Shown here piece after piece: positions 1-12,080 of a stretch of DNA of 64,000 nucleotides; position 1 is the stretch's first letter; every line of letters starts with the position of its first letter. Source of the DNA: Octopus bimaculoides. Taxonomy: Eukaryota. Location: contig NC_068989.1 in NCBI RefSeq assembly GCF_001194135.2, forward strand, positions 26,406,752-26,470,751, in the 5' to 3' direction. The notes below the pieces were generated by a model. It was not told the DNA's origin. It saw only the letters and a program-made list of their open reading frames with translations, and searched no databases. The translations under genes and the position numbers were made by a program.

Positions 1-35
1 TGTAGCACGTGATTTCCAGACTTAATTAATAAATA

Positions 36-2190
36 CACTATACTGCATGATTTTTTTATTGGCTGTATGGTATCTTTTTTCTGGATATATATAAAAAATT
101 ATGAGTCATTGCGGTTTTTTATTCATCTCTATCACATCAGTTTGTCAAGTTATACAGAGACGTTACTTTTCTCATTTTGCATAACGTAAGTTAATGATAA
201 ATTAAAATGCTTACCTTATATTGGCTTAAATGTTAAATCTAATACATTTTCTTTATTCTCAGTCTGTGAATATGTCTAGAGGATGCATCGATTCACCAGA
301 TATATTCTGCTATGTCTTCGGGCAATTCACCCCTTCAGATTCCCGGAGCAATATTACTCCTTTGTTAATGCGTTGCTATTTAGCTTATTTTGGCTGCAAG
401 CTGTGAAACCAGAACAAGCCATTTTGAACCCCGCAAAGCTTGCAAGAATTGCATCAGTAAGCTCCAGATGTTGTCAGTTGGAAAACTTTTATGAATGCTC
501 TTTGGAATATCAATGGTATGGCGAGAACAGATGAACCACTATGATGACTGCTTCTTTGGATTCAACAAGAAGAATAAAGATCGCATAATATACCCAAATA
601 TTCCTTCAGCAATAATGTCTTTTGAACCCTCAGATGATAATCCTGTACCTGTGCCACCTGAAACATGGGAAATTTCATCAGAGTCTGATACTAGTGGTAT
701 TAATGAGATAAAATATACTATGAGCCACCAACAAATGACGAATCCAAATTCTTCAAACAATTTAAGCTCAATGACTTGGTTAGAGACCTTAACCTTCCAA
801 AGAAAAGTGCACAATTACTTGGCTCTAGACTGAAAAAAAAACATAAGCTTCTAGCTCGTGGACCAACATTCGTTTGGTACCGCCATCATGAAACGGAATT
901 CATTCAGTTCGTCGAGAAAGAGAATTCTTTAGCTTTCTGTTCAAATATTTCTGGCCTTATTTAACGCATGCAAATGTCGTACAAAGCAAATGAATGGATG
1001 CTCTTCATTGATTATTCTAACAAAAGTTTAAAGGTTATTCTTCTCTACAATAGCAACACAGGTGCATCTGTGCCAATTGGCCATAGTGTCCAAATGCCAG
1101 AAACTTACGAAAATATGAAGGCAATAATTACTGCAATCAAGTGTCATACTCACAATGTTCTCATTTGTGGTGATTTTAAAGTTATTCCTCTCCTAGTAGG
1201 TATTCAAGGGGGATACACTAAGTATCCCACTTTTCTGTGCCTATGGTATAGTAGGGCAGACGGCCAGCACTATGAACAAAAGTAAAAACTAGCTAAAAGA
1301 ACCAGCTTCTTACCCGGAAGTCATATCGTAAAAGCTGTGCCAAAAGTTGACCCCTAAAAATTCTGCTGCCACCAATCCACATCAAATTAAAGCTTATGGA
1401 AAAGTTTGCGAAGGCTCTGAACTAGAATCGAGCTTCTTTCAAGTACATGGAGTCGAAATGTCCTCGTATAAGGGAAGGGAAGCTAACAGCAGGGATCTTT
1501 GTTGCCCGTCAGGTTTGGGAATTGATGAGGGACATGCATTTTGAGGAAGCATTAGCAAGTGTCGAAGTGAATACCTGGTTTTACTCTGAAGAAAAATGTC
1601 CAAAACGTTTTGGAAAACAGCCGCTACCCAGAAAAGGAAAAAAAAAATGATCCAAGACCTAATATCAAGTTTACAACAACTTGGGTCTAGAGTAAATGCG
1701 AAGATGCATTTTTTGCACTCACATCTTGACAAATTTTGCCAAGAATTGTGCACTACGGAAACTGGATACAAAGGCAAATAGAATGTCAGCATGATGGTGC
1801 ATTACTGCTGGTCATCGAAACGTGATGGTCTCGATGCACAACACAAGCGGAAATCAAAGTGGTCCTCCTTCCGTTGAATCAAGATATAGGCTAATCATTT
1901 TGGAGCATTTTTTTTACGTTCATGTGGTTTGATGTTGATAATTCTGATTCATTTAAAGATGAGCGTGGTTCATTTCATGTTGATTTGGAAAACATATGTT
2001 CTTAAAACTAAAAGAATGTGATTTCCCTTGATTACTTACTTCATTTTAATAAAGTAACGATTTATTAAAAATTCACATTTTTTTATTGTTATTAAATTGT
2101 ATTTTATTCAATATCGTTATGTGACAGAGCAAAATGGTTTAGATATTTAAAATCAACACCTCAAGAATATGAAACATCACATCCATGAAT
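36..2190 (+). mobile_element. Decayed Chapaev3-like (CMC superfamily) DNA transposon; 3' terminus not found
   Basis: Starts with CACTA at 36-40; contains the disrupted transposase listed next; no matching TIR before the Helitron fragment at ~2195. Family assignment from remembered motifs. Confidence 0.65.
272..1877 (+). pseudogene. Transposase pseudogene (Chapaev3-type), multiple stops and frameshifts
   Basis: MSRGCIDSPDIFCYVFGQFT...AYFGCKL N-terminus; YPNIPSA; ASVPIGHS; ICGDFKVI..LVGIQGGYTKYPTFLCLW; GIFVARQV; KMHFLHSHLD; SMMVHYCW..KRD...HKRKSK. Confidence 0.85.
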
Positions 2191-2194
2191 AAAA

Positions 2195-2812
2195 GTTAAA
2201 GAAAGAATTCCCAAATGCAAACCAGAGTTATAATTCACATAAATGTTTGCATGAAAAGGCAATTCTTGCTCCAAAAACTGAATTGCAGCAAGGATTAAGC
2301 ATGAATTAATAAATTAAGATTCCATCAGTCATTAAGGAGTACAAATTAATTAATTCAGTCCATGATAAAAGTCAAGTTGTCTACCTAACAGACTTCTTTA
2401 ATTCTCTTGAGCCATTTGGAACTCCTCCACATAAACTTTTTTCTGAATGTGAGAGTCCCAATAATGATAAATTAGATCCACCTAAATTATTAAATGGGAC
2501 AATGTTGATTGTGACGACGTTACTACCTAATGTGAGACAAGCTACCATTATCAATGGATGTGCCTCTGAGAACGAGGCTTTCGTTCAAAGTATTCCAATC
2601 AAACTAGCAGACATGCCATTTGAGTTCAAGTGAACACAATTACCAGTGCGACTTTGCTTTGTAATGCCTATCAATAAGTTCAAGGTAAGTTTTTGAAACT
2701 TACTGGCTTGCATTTTTCAAGGTCACCTTTTGTGCCATGGTAGCTAGTGTCTATGCTCTAAACCAGAAAATAAAGAATGTTGTTTAGCCAGAAGCTCTTA
2801 CGTAATTCCTTC
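2195..2812 (+). mobile_element. Helitron fragment: C-terminal PIF1-like helicase
   Basis: FPN..Y..H..L.EKAILAPK; FFNSLEPFGTPPHKL; DPPKLLNGT; DMPFEFK*TQLPVRLCFVMPINK; ends KNVV*PEAL. Confidence 0.9.
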
Positions 2813-2868
2813 AACATGTGTGGTAGAATTTATCTCTTTTCATATAAGTGGTAGATTTTGTATTTTCG

Positions 2869-2871
<3 letters not shown>

Positions 2872-2939
<68 letters not shown>
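2872..2939. repeat. (TAT)n microsatellite
   Basis: Directly visible. Confidence 0.98.
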
Positions 2940-3936
2940 CATCCTTATTATGAATTCATTTCCCAATTTAAGAATAGATTGTACCCCAATAAAAGAATAG
3001 ATTGAATTTAGAATAACCAATTTCTATACCATATATTTTGCTTTTTTCTTCCTATATATAAGGAAAAATTTAATTCTCGCCAACACCAGGCGCCTCTGCT
3101 AGCATATNNNNNNNNNNNNNNNNNNNNNNNNNNNNNNNNNNNNNNNNNNNNNNNNNNNNNNNNNNNNNNNNNNNNNNNNNNNNNNNNNNNNNNNNNNNNN
3201 NNNNNNNNNNNNNNNNNNNNNNNNNNNNNNNNNNNNNNNNNNNNNNNNNNNNNNNNNNNNNNNNNNNNNNNNNNNNNNNNNNNNNNNNNNNNNNNNNNNN
3301 NNNNNNNNNNNNNNNNNNNNNNNNNNNNNNNNNNNNNNNNNNNNNNNNNNNNNNNNNNNNNNNNNNNNNNNNNNNNNNNNNNNNNNNNNNNNNNNNNNNN
3401 NNNNNNNNNNNNNNNNNNNNNNNNNNNNNNNNNNNNNNNNNNNNNNNNNNNNNNNNNNNNNNNNNNNNNNNNNNNNNNNNNNNNNNNNNNNNNNNNNNNN
3501 NNNNNNNNNNNNNNNNNNNNNNNNNNNNNNNNNNNNNNNNNNNNNNNNNNNNNNNNNNNNNNNNNNNNNNNNNNNNNNNNNNNNNNNNNNNNNNNNNNNN
3601 NNNNNNNNNNNNNNNNNNNNNNNNNNNNNNNNNNNNNNNNNNNNNNNNNNNNNNNNNNNNNNNNNNNNNNNNNNNNNNNNNNNNNNNNNNNNNNNNNNNN
3701 NNNNNNNNNNNNNNNNNNNNNNNNNNNNNNNNNNNNNNNNNNNNNNNNNNNNNCTATATAGCTTATAAGAATAGGAAATTTCATAAGTTCTAAATGGTTT
3801 TAATTAGTTCCCCTAATTTAAATTTCATTTATTTTTTTATTTTATTTAATGCTTGACTCTAAAAGGATCATTATTATTATTACATTATTTCAGAGCTTGT
3901 AGGGATAGTGTCTTGTTTATTTTGTATTTTTAACTG

Positions 3937-4003
3937 AAATAAATCTAATCCTTATGCCCAAAATAAATCTAATCCTTATGCCCAAAATAAATCTAATCCT
4001 TAT
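3937..4003. repeat. 24-bp tandem repeat x2.8 (aaataaatctaatccttatgccca)
   Basis: Two exact copies plus a 19-bp partial copy. Confidence 0.95.
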
Positions 4004-5339
4004 TCAATTAATATTCTTTAATTAGCCCGTGTTAGTCTTAAAACAAGTTCATGACTAATTAAACTAGTAATCAATTATCATGTTTCTGTATTGGATGTCC
4101 TTGTTAATTCCAAATATCCTTTTTCTTTTTTTTGTCCCTTAAACCTTAAACCCATTATTAAAAACTATATAAATCCTATACTAATTATTCTTTACATTAT
4201 AAAAATAAAGCTTACCTTTTTATGTGTCTTCAAAATAGTATTATTATATATATCAGCTTAAATTTTAAAATCATTCTAAAAATAATTAAAAATAGTTTTC
4301 CTGAGCCCAATATATATAATATTCTTAGACTTTACACCTTATCTATAGCCTCTGAATTCAATATTGACGTTACTTCATGATTTCTGTATAAACTAATTAC
4401 ATTACATTTTATTATTAACATACTTCTTATTATTAAAATATTGTTTAAACTGGTATTGATATCTGTAAAACAATACTGATGTTCTATTCAGACTAAAGGA
4501 AAAGCCCTGTTGACCTATATGCTTAGGGTTTAATTCCTCAACATTACAATAGTAATAGAAAAACCACAACCTATAATAGTGTTTCCACTCTGACCAGAGA
4601 AACCTTTATAACCATATCCATGTATAATGCTTACACCTTCCCTTTCCTTAGAAGTGATTGCCCCTTATATTATAACTACTAGATAAGAGACAATAAAATC
4701 GGAGACAGTTAGAATTCTGCCTAGAACCAATTACTAGCCTGATAGCCTTGGCTATGTCAAGATGGATTTTTATGTATTCTTCTTCCCACTTGGATTTGAA
4801 ATGTTGCCACAATTAAAATATGTCTATTCTACTGTAATTTTCTACATTTTCGTGCAGCTGAAGATTGCTCTACATATTGCATCTAATGTAATGCTCGCAT
4901 TACTTAAATAAATGGATTAGCATGAAACGTGCGTACTGCAATCATCTTTAAAATCCGTGTTGCTTATTTTGATTTTTTGATCACCTCGCTTTTGGAATGG
5001 TTTTTGTATAATNNNNNNNNNNNNNNNNNNNNNNNNNNNNNNNNNNNNNNNNNNNNNNNNNNNNNNNNNNNNNNNNNNNNNNNNNNNNNNNNNNNNNNNN
5101 NNNNNNNNNNNNNNNNNNNNNNNNNNNNNNNNNNNNNNNNNNNNNNNNNNNNNNNNNNNNNNNNNNNNNNNNNNNNNNNNNNNNNNNNNNNNNNNNNNNN
5201 NNNNNNNNNNNNNNNNNNNNNATTTAGATTTTATATATATATATATATATATATATAAATCTAAACCTTTATATATATCAGAAATTAAAGGAGGAAAATG
5301 CACACAATTTACATGTTTTTAATATAATTTTTAATGTAT

Positions 5340-6915
5340 CTTATATTGTGTGTGTCGACCGGTTTCGCTTTCGCTAATCATGACATTAACATTTATCTAA
5401 ATACGTATTTCCTTAAGGAAAATCCCTTTGTCCATGTTGTATGTGGAGTTTTTGAATAAATGATTCAACAAGTAGAAATATCTAAGCCGAGGTAATTGAT
5501 TATCGTTATTGTTGTGGACAGGGGATATAATTCTTCATCTTTCGGTGGGTGGGTGGGTGTGGAATGTATATATATATATATGTATATACACACAATTCGA
5601 AAACTAGACTAGTGCGGAGAAATATGGTCAGTGATAAGTATGTAATCGTGAATTAAAATATGTATAGTGATCAAGGTTGATTATGCGTGCATATTTAGAC
5701 GTTCTTCATTTAAACATTCTTTATTTAAACATTCTTGTTGAGAAATTGTATCTTTGCACTATACAAGGAGAAAACTATGAAATTTGGGATGATGTTCCCT
5801 GCACATCTCTTTTTGTGTTCACTTAAAGGAATCCGTCTTTAGTACGGGGACCGGATCTGCTCTTTATGACTCAATGTCATACTCATCTGTCCTATATGGT
5901 GATAAACACAACCCGAGCATGTTATTACATAAATTAGATTCCCAGAAGTACAAGTGAAGTTGGTTTTAATTGTGAACTTCTCTCTATGTTTGAAAATGAA
6001 ATCCGAGCTTTCAAGAAGGTTGGTGCATGTTACACAGTTTGAGCGGCCACATTTTCTAAATGTTGGTTTCGTGGTTCTTGTGTTAGAAGTTTCTTTAGGA
6101 ATATGTTTTACATTTTGTATTTGATGAATTTATATGCTTTCAGGATGTTGCTCATTTTTGGATCTCTCGGTAGTAAAGGAAGGTTTTGCACAATAGTGTT
6201 GTATGCCTCAAAGTTTCTAGGGTTGTGAGTTTATATATACAGTAGGGTCTTGAGATGAGGTGTGGTGTTATGCTTTGTTGTCCTTAGTGTTTTGATGTCT
6301 AATTTCTTGGCACACTTAATTCCCTCGTCTATAAGTGAGGGTGGATATTGTCTTTCAGTTAGTGTTTAACTGAGGTCTTGAAGACGAATGTCCCGAATAG
6401 TTCTGTCAGACACTATTGTGCAAATCCTTTTTGCCAAACTAAAGGGGATACATATTTCGATGTGATTCGGGTGGCATGAGCTTAAAAGGAGATATTGCTT
6501 CGAGTCCGTTGGTTTGTGATAGATGCCAGCTATAATTTGGTTGTTGAATTTTTTTATCATAATATCCAAAAATGGGAGTTGTTCTTTGCTATATTCCATT
6601 GTGAATTGAATCTTACTGTTTATATCATTTAGTGTTGATTTGAATTCCAAAAGTTTCTCAATGGTCTCCTTCCAAATGATAAGACAGTCATCCAGGCATC
6701 TTTTCCAGTTATCTCTTATGTAATGGTCAAATGATTGACCATATTTTTGCAGTGACACTTCATATATGGTGAATTCAAAATAACCCATTATCACGTTTGC
6801 AAGAACAGGGACTGTTTTTGGTCACATCGCAATTCCACATTTTTGACGATAGTAGGTGTCATTAAATAGGAAATAATTCTTCTGAAGTATAAGTTTCAAC
6901 GATTCAATAATAAAG
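5340..6915 (-). mobile_element. Penelope-like element (RT C-half + GIY-YIG endonuclease + 3' pLTR), decayed
   Basis: ORF 6366-6794: WKRCLDDCLIIW, IQFTMEYS..LPFLDI, IYHKPTDSKQYL..SSCHP; downstream NCVTC...FTCTSGNLIYVITCSGC..HIGQ; hammerhead motif at the 3' end. Confidence 0.9.
5353..5385 (-). ncRNA. Degenerate minimal type I hammerhead ribozyme in PLE pLTR
   Basis: Minus strand UGUC-AUGAUUA-GCGAAAGC-GAAAC-CG-GUC-GACA: stem I UGUC/GACA, 2-bp stem II, GUC triplet; two substitutions relative to the CUGAUGA core. Confidence 0.6.
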
Positions 6916-7085
6916 ACCTGAAAATTTTCTTATTAGTGGGTAATCTAGAAATTCTTGTAGAAATATTCTTTACTAATCCCAATATTATCGTGGGTGGATG
7001 GCTGGATGCTACATTTATGTACTTAATATGGTCTTCTGGCTTATGGAATGGTTCAAATAATCCAGTATCAATACAAGGTAGCGTA
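6916..7085 (-). mobile_element. Fragment of a second Penelope family (RT thumb region)
   Basis: IDTGLFEPFHKPEDHIKYINVASSHPPTIILGLVKNISTRISRL resembles the PY.KPN..Y.H..SNHPP motif of PLE RTs. Confidence 0.65.
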
Positions 7086-8095
7086 AAGAAAACTTAGCCT
7101 ACGATAATCCTTTACCATAGTAATGTTTAGTCCTAATTAAAAAAAAAACCTTAAGAAATGTTTCCTACGTCATTCTCATTGCACTTTAGTACTCCTGTCC
7201 AGACAATATAAGGCGTCATGCCTATATAGAGCCCCTTTTACTTTCGGAAAGGAAGATTGTATTAATGAACGCATATATATTCCTACTGGGTTTGAGAGCT
7301 TTGCACAATCAGATGACCCCATTGCTATAGTAAAAGCATTCCTTATATCTAATCTACTCCATAATATAGCATCACAATCTACTAAGCTGGCTCATGCGGC
7401 AAGTATTATAAGTATTTCCTGCCGGGAGAAATCGCAATTCCACATCCTATAAATGAGGGCTTAATTAAACGCGATCGAGTTAATAGTGGCGTAATAGCTC
7501 CCGATATCTAGTAGCAACAACTTCCTATTCTTACTAATTTCTTGAAGCTTAACCCATTTGAACAGCTTTTGGCGTTATGAGTGAATTATGTTTAACTTTG
7601 ACCTCCCCATTCTTATAAATAGCAAGTAGCTATTTCATTCGCTTTGTGATCGTAAGTACACCAAATCACACGCGCGTGTATGTTTAAATTTTCGCAGATG
7701 CTTGCATGAGCGAGTATGCACACGCCATGCAACTTACGCAAGGGCATTTGTACATCCATATCTGTTAACGCTAATATTCAATACTTTTCTCGGTGTATTG
7801 CATGTTCGCTTTTTTTTTTTTTTAATCAGTGATTTTAATTTTTGATCTTGTATATAAATGAAGACATTTTCTTCGTTTTGCTGCTTTTCCTTCTACTAAA
7901 TGAGAAGATACTTTGCGGAATTTTTATTTTACTGATTTGTAACTATTTATCACCCGATAGACACATCTGCACCACCGGATGCTCCTGAACCAGTTGTTAA
8001 GTGTCCCACCTGTGAGAGATCGATATACCAGAACAATTGTCGTGATTAATAAAAATTCTCATATATTCCATCTTCCCATTTCCATTTTCCATATA

Positions 8096-8133
8096 CATAC
8101 ATGCATACATACATACATACATACATACATACG

Positions 8134-8207
<74 letters not shown>
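8096..8207. repeat. Compound (TACA)n/(TA)n microsatellite
   Basis: Directly visible. Confidence 0.95.
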
Positions 8208-8209
<2 letters not shown>

Positions 8210-8793
8210 TAAATTTAGGGATATACAATCGAATCTGGTACCGTATTCACTTTTACAGCTTAATAATGCTGGCTAATCTCAGTGAGTGCAGAAAAACTGC
8301 AGTTAGTTTATTTTACTATCCCGAAAAGACGTTCACATCGTTAAATCTATATGTCTCTATTGAGACTGCATGTTGTCGGTAGAGAAGAAATAATAAATTA
8401 TTAATTAAGGAGAACCGAGATTTATATATCCAGTTTTATTCTGCAGTCAATCATGCGCTATCATTTCTCTACCTATAATGCTTCTCCTGGAATTCAGTGC
8501 ACACAGCAAAAGTTTGCATCGTGGTATGCATTTTGGTGTTAATTGCCTCTTCTTCGGGGTGTTAACTGCATTTCAGATTCCAACTAAAATATATTATACA
8601 AGTAGTATTAGTATTCTAAAAATAGCCAAAATGTTGACCTTTTCAACTGCTGGTTAGAGAAATAAGTGACTAGCTGTGCAAGAATGGGACAGCAAATGTA
8701 TTTTATCTTTCGAGTGGTGAATGGTAGTAGTATATTTTATATCAGTTTACCTAGAGTATGCTGATGTAATTATTGTTACTATTATTATCATCC

Positions 8794-8841
<48 letters not shown>

Positions 8842-9959
8842 GTAGTAGTAGTAGTAATAGTAGTACTTCTCTTATTATTATTACTTTCATTTCTATCATT
8901 TAATTTGCTAACTTTATAATTGAATTAAATTTGTGGATATCGTTAAATTTATTCCCTTATTGTACTTTGATCTTTAGAATTAAGTTTATTTATGTAAGAG
9001 TTTATATTTAATTAAGTATTCTACTTGCTATTGATTACTTGATTTCTAATATAATTTTAGTATTACCTATCATGCCATTACTTAAATCGATTAAGTGTGT
9101 TTAGACTAATGAACACGTCCTAACGCACTCTCGCGTCTTGTATTTTGTTGTAAGGATTTGGTAAATTTCTTCGGCACATAATGTTTACCGTTTACATTCT
9201 CTACTATATGGTTTGGCACTACTAATTATTTCCCGTGTAATTTCACATTTGTTATTATTATCTTTCATGGATTAAATTAATTTGCTTCAGCTAGTATTAC
9301 TCCTGATTTTACTGTCTCAAAATGAGCTTTGGCAATTCTGTTTTTTATGTTTCTCAAGCGCCGATATAATAATGTTCCTGACATTTTGAGATTATCTTAC
9401 ACTTGTATAGTGTTTCCTTAAGTTTCCAATTATATTCAAGAAGACATAATCTATTGGTTGCGCAATCACATCTTTTAAAAATTTCTAATCTAACTACTTT
9501 TTATATTTTCCCTCCTGATTATTTATAATGTTACGTTTGTCCCGTTTCTTCTAATTTACATTTCTTCCTTGNNNNNNNNNNNNNNNNNNNNNNNNNNNNN
9601 NNNNNNNNNNNNNNNNNNNNNNNNNNNNNNNNNNNNNNNNNNNNNNNNNNNNNNNNNNNNNNNNNNNNNNNNNNNNNNNNNNNNNNNNNNNNNNNNNNNN
9701 NNNNNNNNNNNNNNNNNNNNNNNNNNNNNNNNNNNNNNNNNNNNNNNNNNNNNNNNNNNNNTTATTTATAATGTTACGTTTGTCCCGTTTCTTCTAATTT
9801 ACATTTCTTCCTTGATTTTCATTAATTTCCGTATCACGTTCCAATATATTATTTGGATTATAATTCACAACATCTCTATTAATATCATTAATAATAGTTT
9901 CTATACCTTAGGTTACTATCTGTGTTGTAAATATTTGCTTTTGCATTGCTCGTCATTGT

Positions 9960-11815
9960 AGCATGTATTTTAACCTGTTCCGATGATAGTATGGTGCTTT
10001 TAGCAGTTTTTTTCCGGAAGTGCTATCCTCGTTCATGATACTCCTTATAACTCGTATTGTAAAGGAAAATATTTGCAAGACTTATAAATGCAGCACATTT
10101 GTTTCAACAAGCACTAGCTTTGAATGCCGCTCTCTAGGTAGCATTCGAAATATCTGGTAAAGTCATCTCCAAACTCATGATACATACGTTTTTGTGTTGA
10201 AATAGTTGACTCCTTTCAGTCAGGTGAGATTACGAAACGAACGCCATGAGATATCACGAAAAGAAACTTTTTCAGTAGAGATTGAATTTGCAATATCAGC
10301 AACGTGAATCATGTGACCGCAATGCAGATTAGCTTCAATAATTTTGCGCAGATAGTTGACGATATTGTTGCCTGATTTCTACATTTGTTCAGAAAAAGGC
10401 AAAATAATGTTCAAATATGATTTACAATTTCCTTTTGGTTAATAACTGCATAACTGAATAATCATTAACCGTCCACAATGTAATTTTATTTTTAATTTCC
10501 CGCTTTCAAATGCGATATTTTGCTTATCGTTTACCAGGTGAATATATTCAGTGCATAAAATTACAAAACGCTATTCAATTTCGTTTTCACATTTATTTGT
10601 AAAAATGAAAATGTATGATATCCAGTGCGCGTTACAAAATATTTATTGCATAATCCTAAGCTCATTTACCTCTTAGATTTTCATTTGAGTCAAGTTATCA
10701 TTTCAAAAATCCAATCCAAAGTTATACACATCTGATGGCCTTGCTGGAGAAACAAACTGTAGTATATTGGCAAATATTTTTTTTAACTATGCTTCTGACT
10801 ACATAGTTCTATCGATTTAAGAATTGTTCCCATGTTGATTATGCCAGGTTAATCCACCGGCATGTTACTAGGTAAACAAAATATTATAACAATTAACGCC
10901 TAATTTATGCATTAGCTAATGATTAAGGCAAATCTTGTAGGATGTTTTTTCCCGATTATAGTGTGGCTTCTTGCATCCCTAATCTTGTCGCAATCCCCGC
11001 TTGCCATGATATACATGCATTGAGCTAAGCGCAAGTTTCCGGAAAACACCATAAAAATTTTTCCTGCATAGAAATCTGCTTTACTTTTCTTTTTCTAAAA
11101 ATAGTGATGTTTGGTTTGATGATTGATTTCATTTCAGTGCCTCTTTGTATCATACACCATCATTTATTGACTTGGTAAATGAATTGGCAAATATTCAACA
11201 AGAGGAATGTTTAACGTGATGTGCAAAATACATGAATCTCCAGTAAGCAACACCCTCAATTTTCATAATTTAAATTTTAATACATTTTTTCCTTACCAAT
11301 GTTAACATGAACGCGAAAATCTCTCTGCAGTAAAATTACAAAATGAACAACGCCTTTGAAGATATATCTCAGCAGATATTTCACTACTTTGATTGATGTA
11401 CACACTTTCACTTTAATGTTAAGGAACGCACTTGCAAATACAACTTTGTAGTATCCATTATATTGAGCAATGCAACGAATATCAACAACTTCTCTATTTC
11501 CAATACAAATGAATGTAGTTTGATACCCTTTGTGGCCAATATACTATTCTTGTATAGGAGTTATTTAGATTATCTCTGCATAAACCATATATTGTAGTTT
11601 TCACCATCAAGCTACAGAGTTGTGTTGGCTTTGGACTATTTGATTTTTGCTTTCCAGAATAAACAATTTATCTAACATTTCCTATGTATTATTATGGTCA
11701 AAAACAAAAACTAACCTTCTTCTCTCTTGGGGGTTAGGGAATTCAATAGTAATCAAGGAAGTAATAATCTATCCCACGGAACAAGGTATTATATCTTTCA
11801 ATATTTGTTTATTGA
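9960..11815 (-). mobile_element. Ancient, highly decayed Helitron Rep-helicase remnant
   Basis: Minus-strand pieces in RepHel order: ITIEFPNP; NIKVKVCTSIKVVKYLLRYIFKG (cf. HINVE.C.S.K..KY..KY..KG); AYWRF...PLVEYLPIHLPSQ; FANILQFVSPARP; IRSIMNEDSTSGKK. Support is strongest at 11100-11800. Confidence 0.7.
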
Positions 11816-11819
11816 TGAA

Positions 11820-12040
11820 TGCGGTGAGCTGTCAGAAATATTACCGCCAGGGAAAAGATGCTTAGCAATATTTTTTCCGATGTTACGTTCTGTGTTCCGA
11901 CGTAATGTTCTGACGCCAGGTTGACTTTGCCTATCATGCTTTCGGGGTCGAGAAAACACGTACCCGTTGAATACTGGAATGGATGTAATCCACTAGCCCC
12001 GTCCCTCGAACTTGCTGGCCTTCTGCCAAATTTTGAAACC
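11820..12040 (+). mobile_element. tRNA-derived SINE (octopus-type family)
   Basis: gcggtgagctgtcagaa...gttgactttgcctatcatgctttcggggtcga...aaattttgaaacc; homologous to copies at 15148 and 23432. Confidence 0.75.
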
Positions 12041-12080
12041 AGCTGTGTTGTTGATTCTCCAGCACAAAGTGTATCAACCA

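Noticed and set aside
2941-5012. Mitochondrial insertion (NUMT)
   Set aside because: No mitochondrial gene motif recognised; the frames I translated still contain TAA/TAG under the invertebrate mitochondrial code.
9519-9814. 53-bp exact direct repeat (9519-9571 and 9762-9814)
   Set aside because: It flanks both sides of a gap, so it is most likely an unmerged contig overlap.
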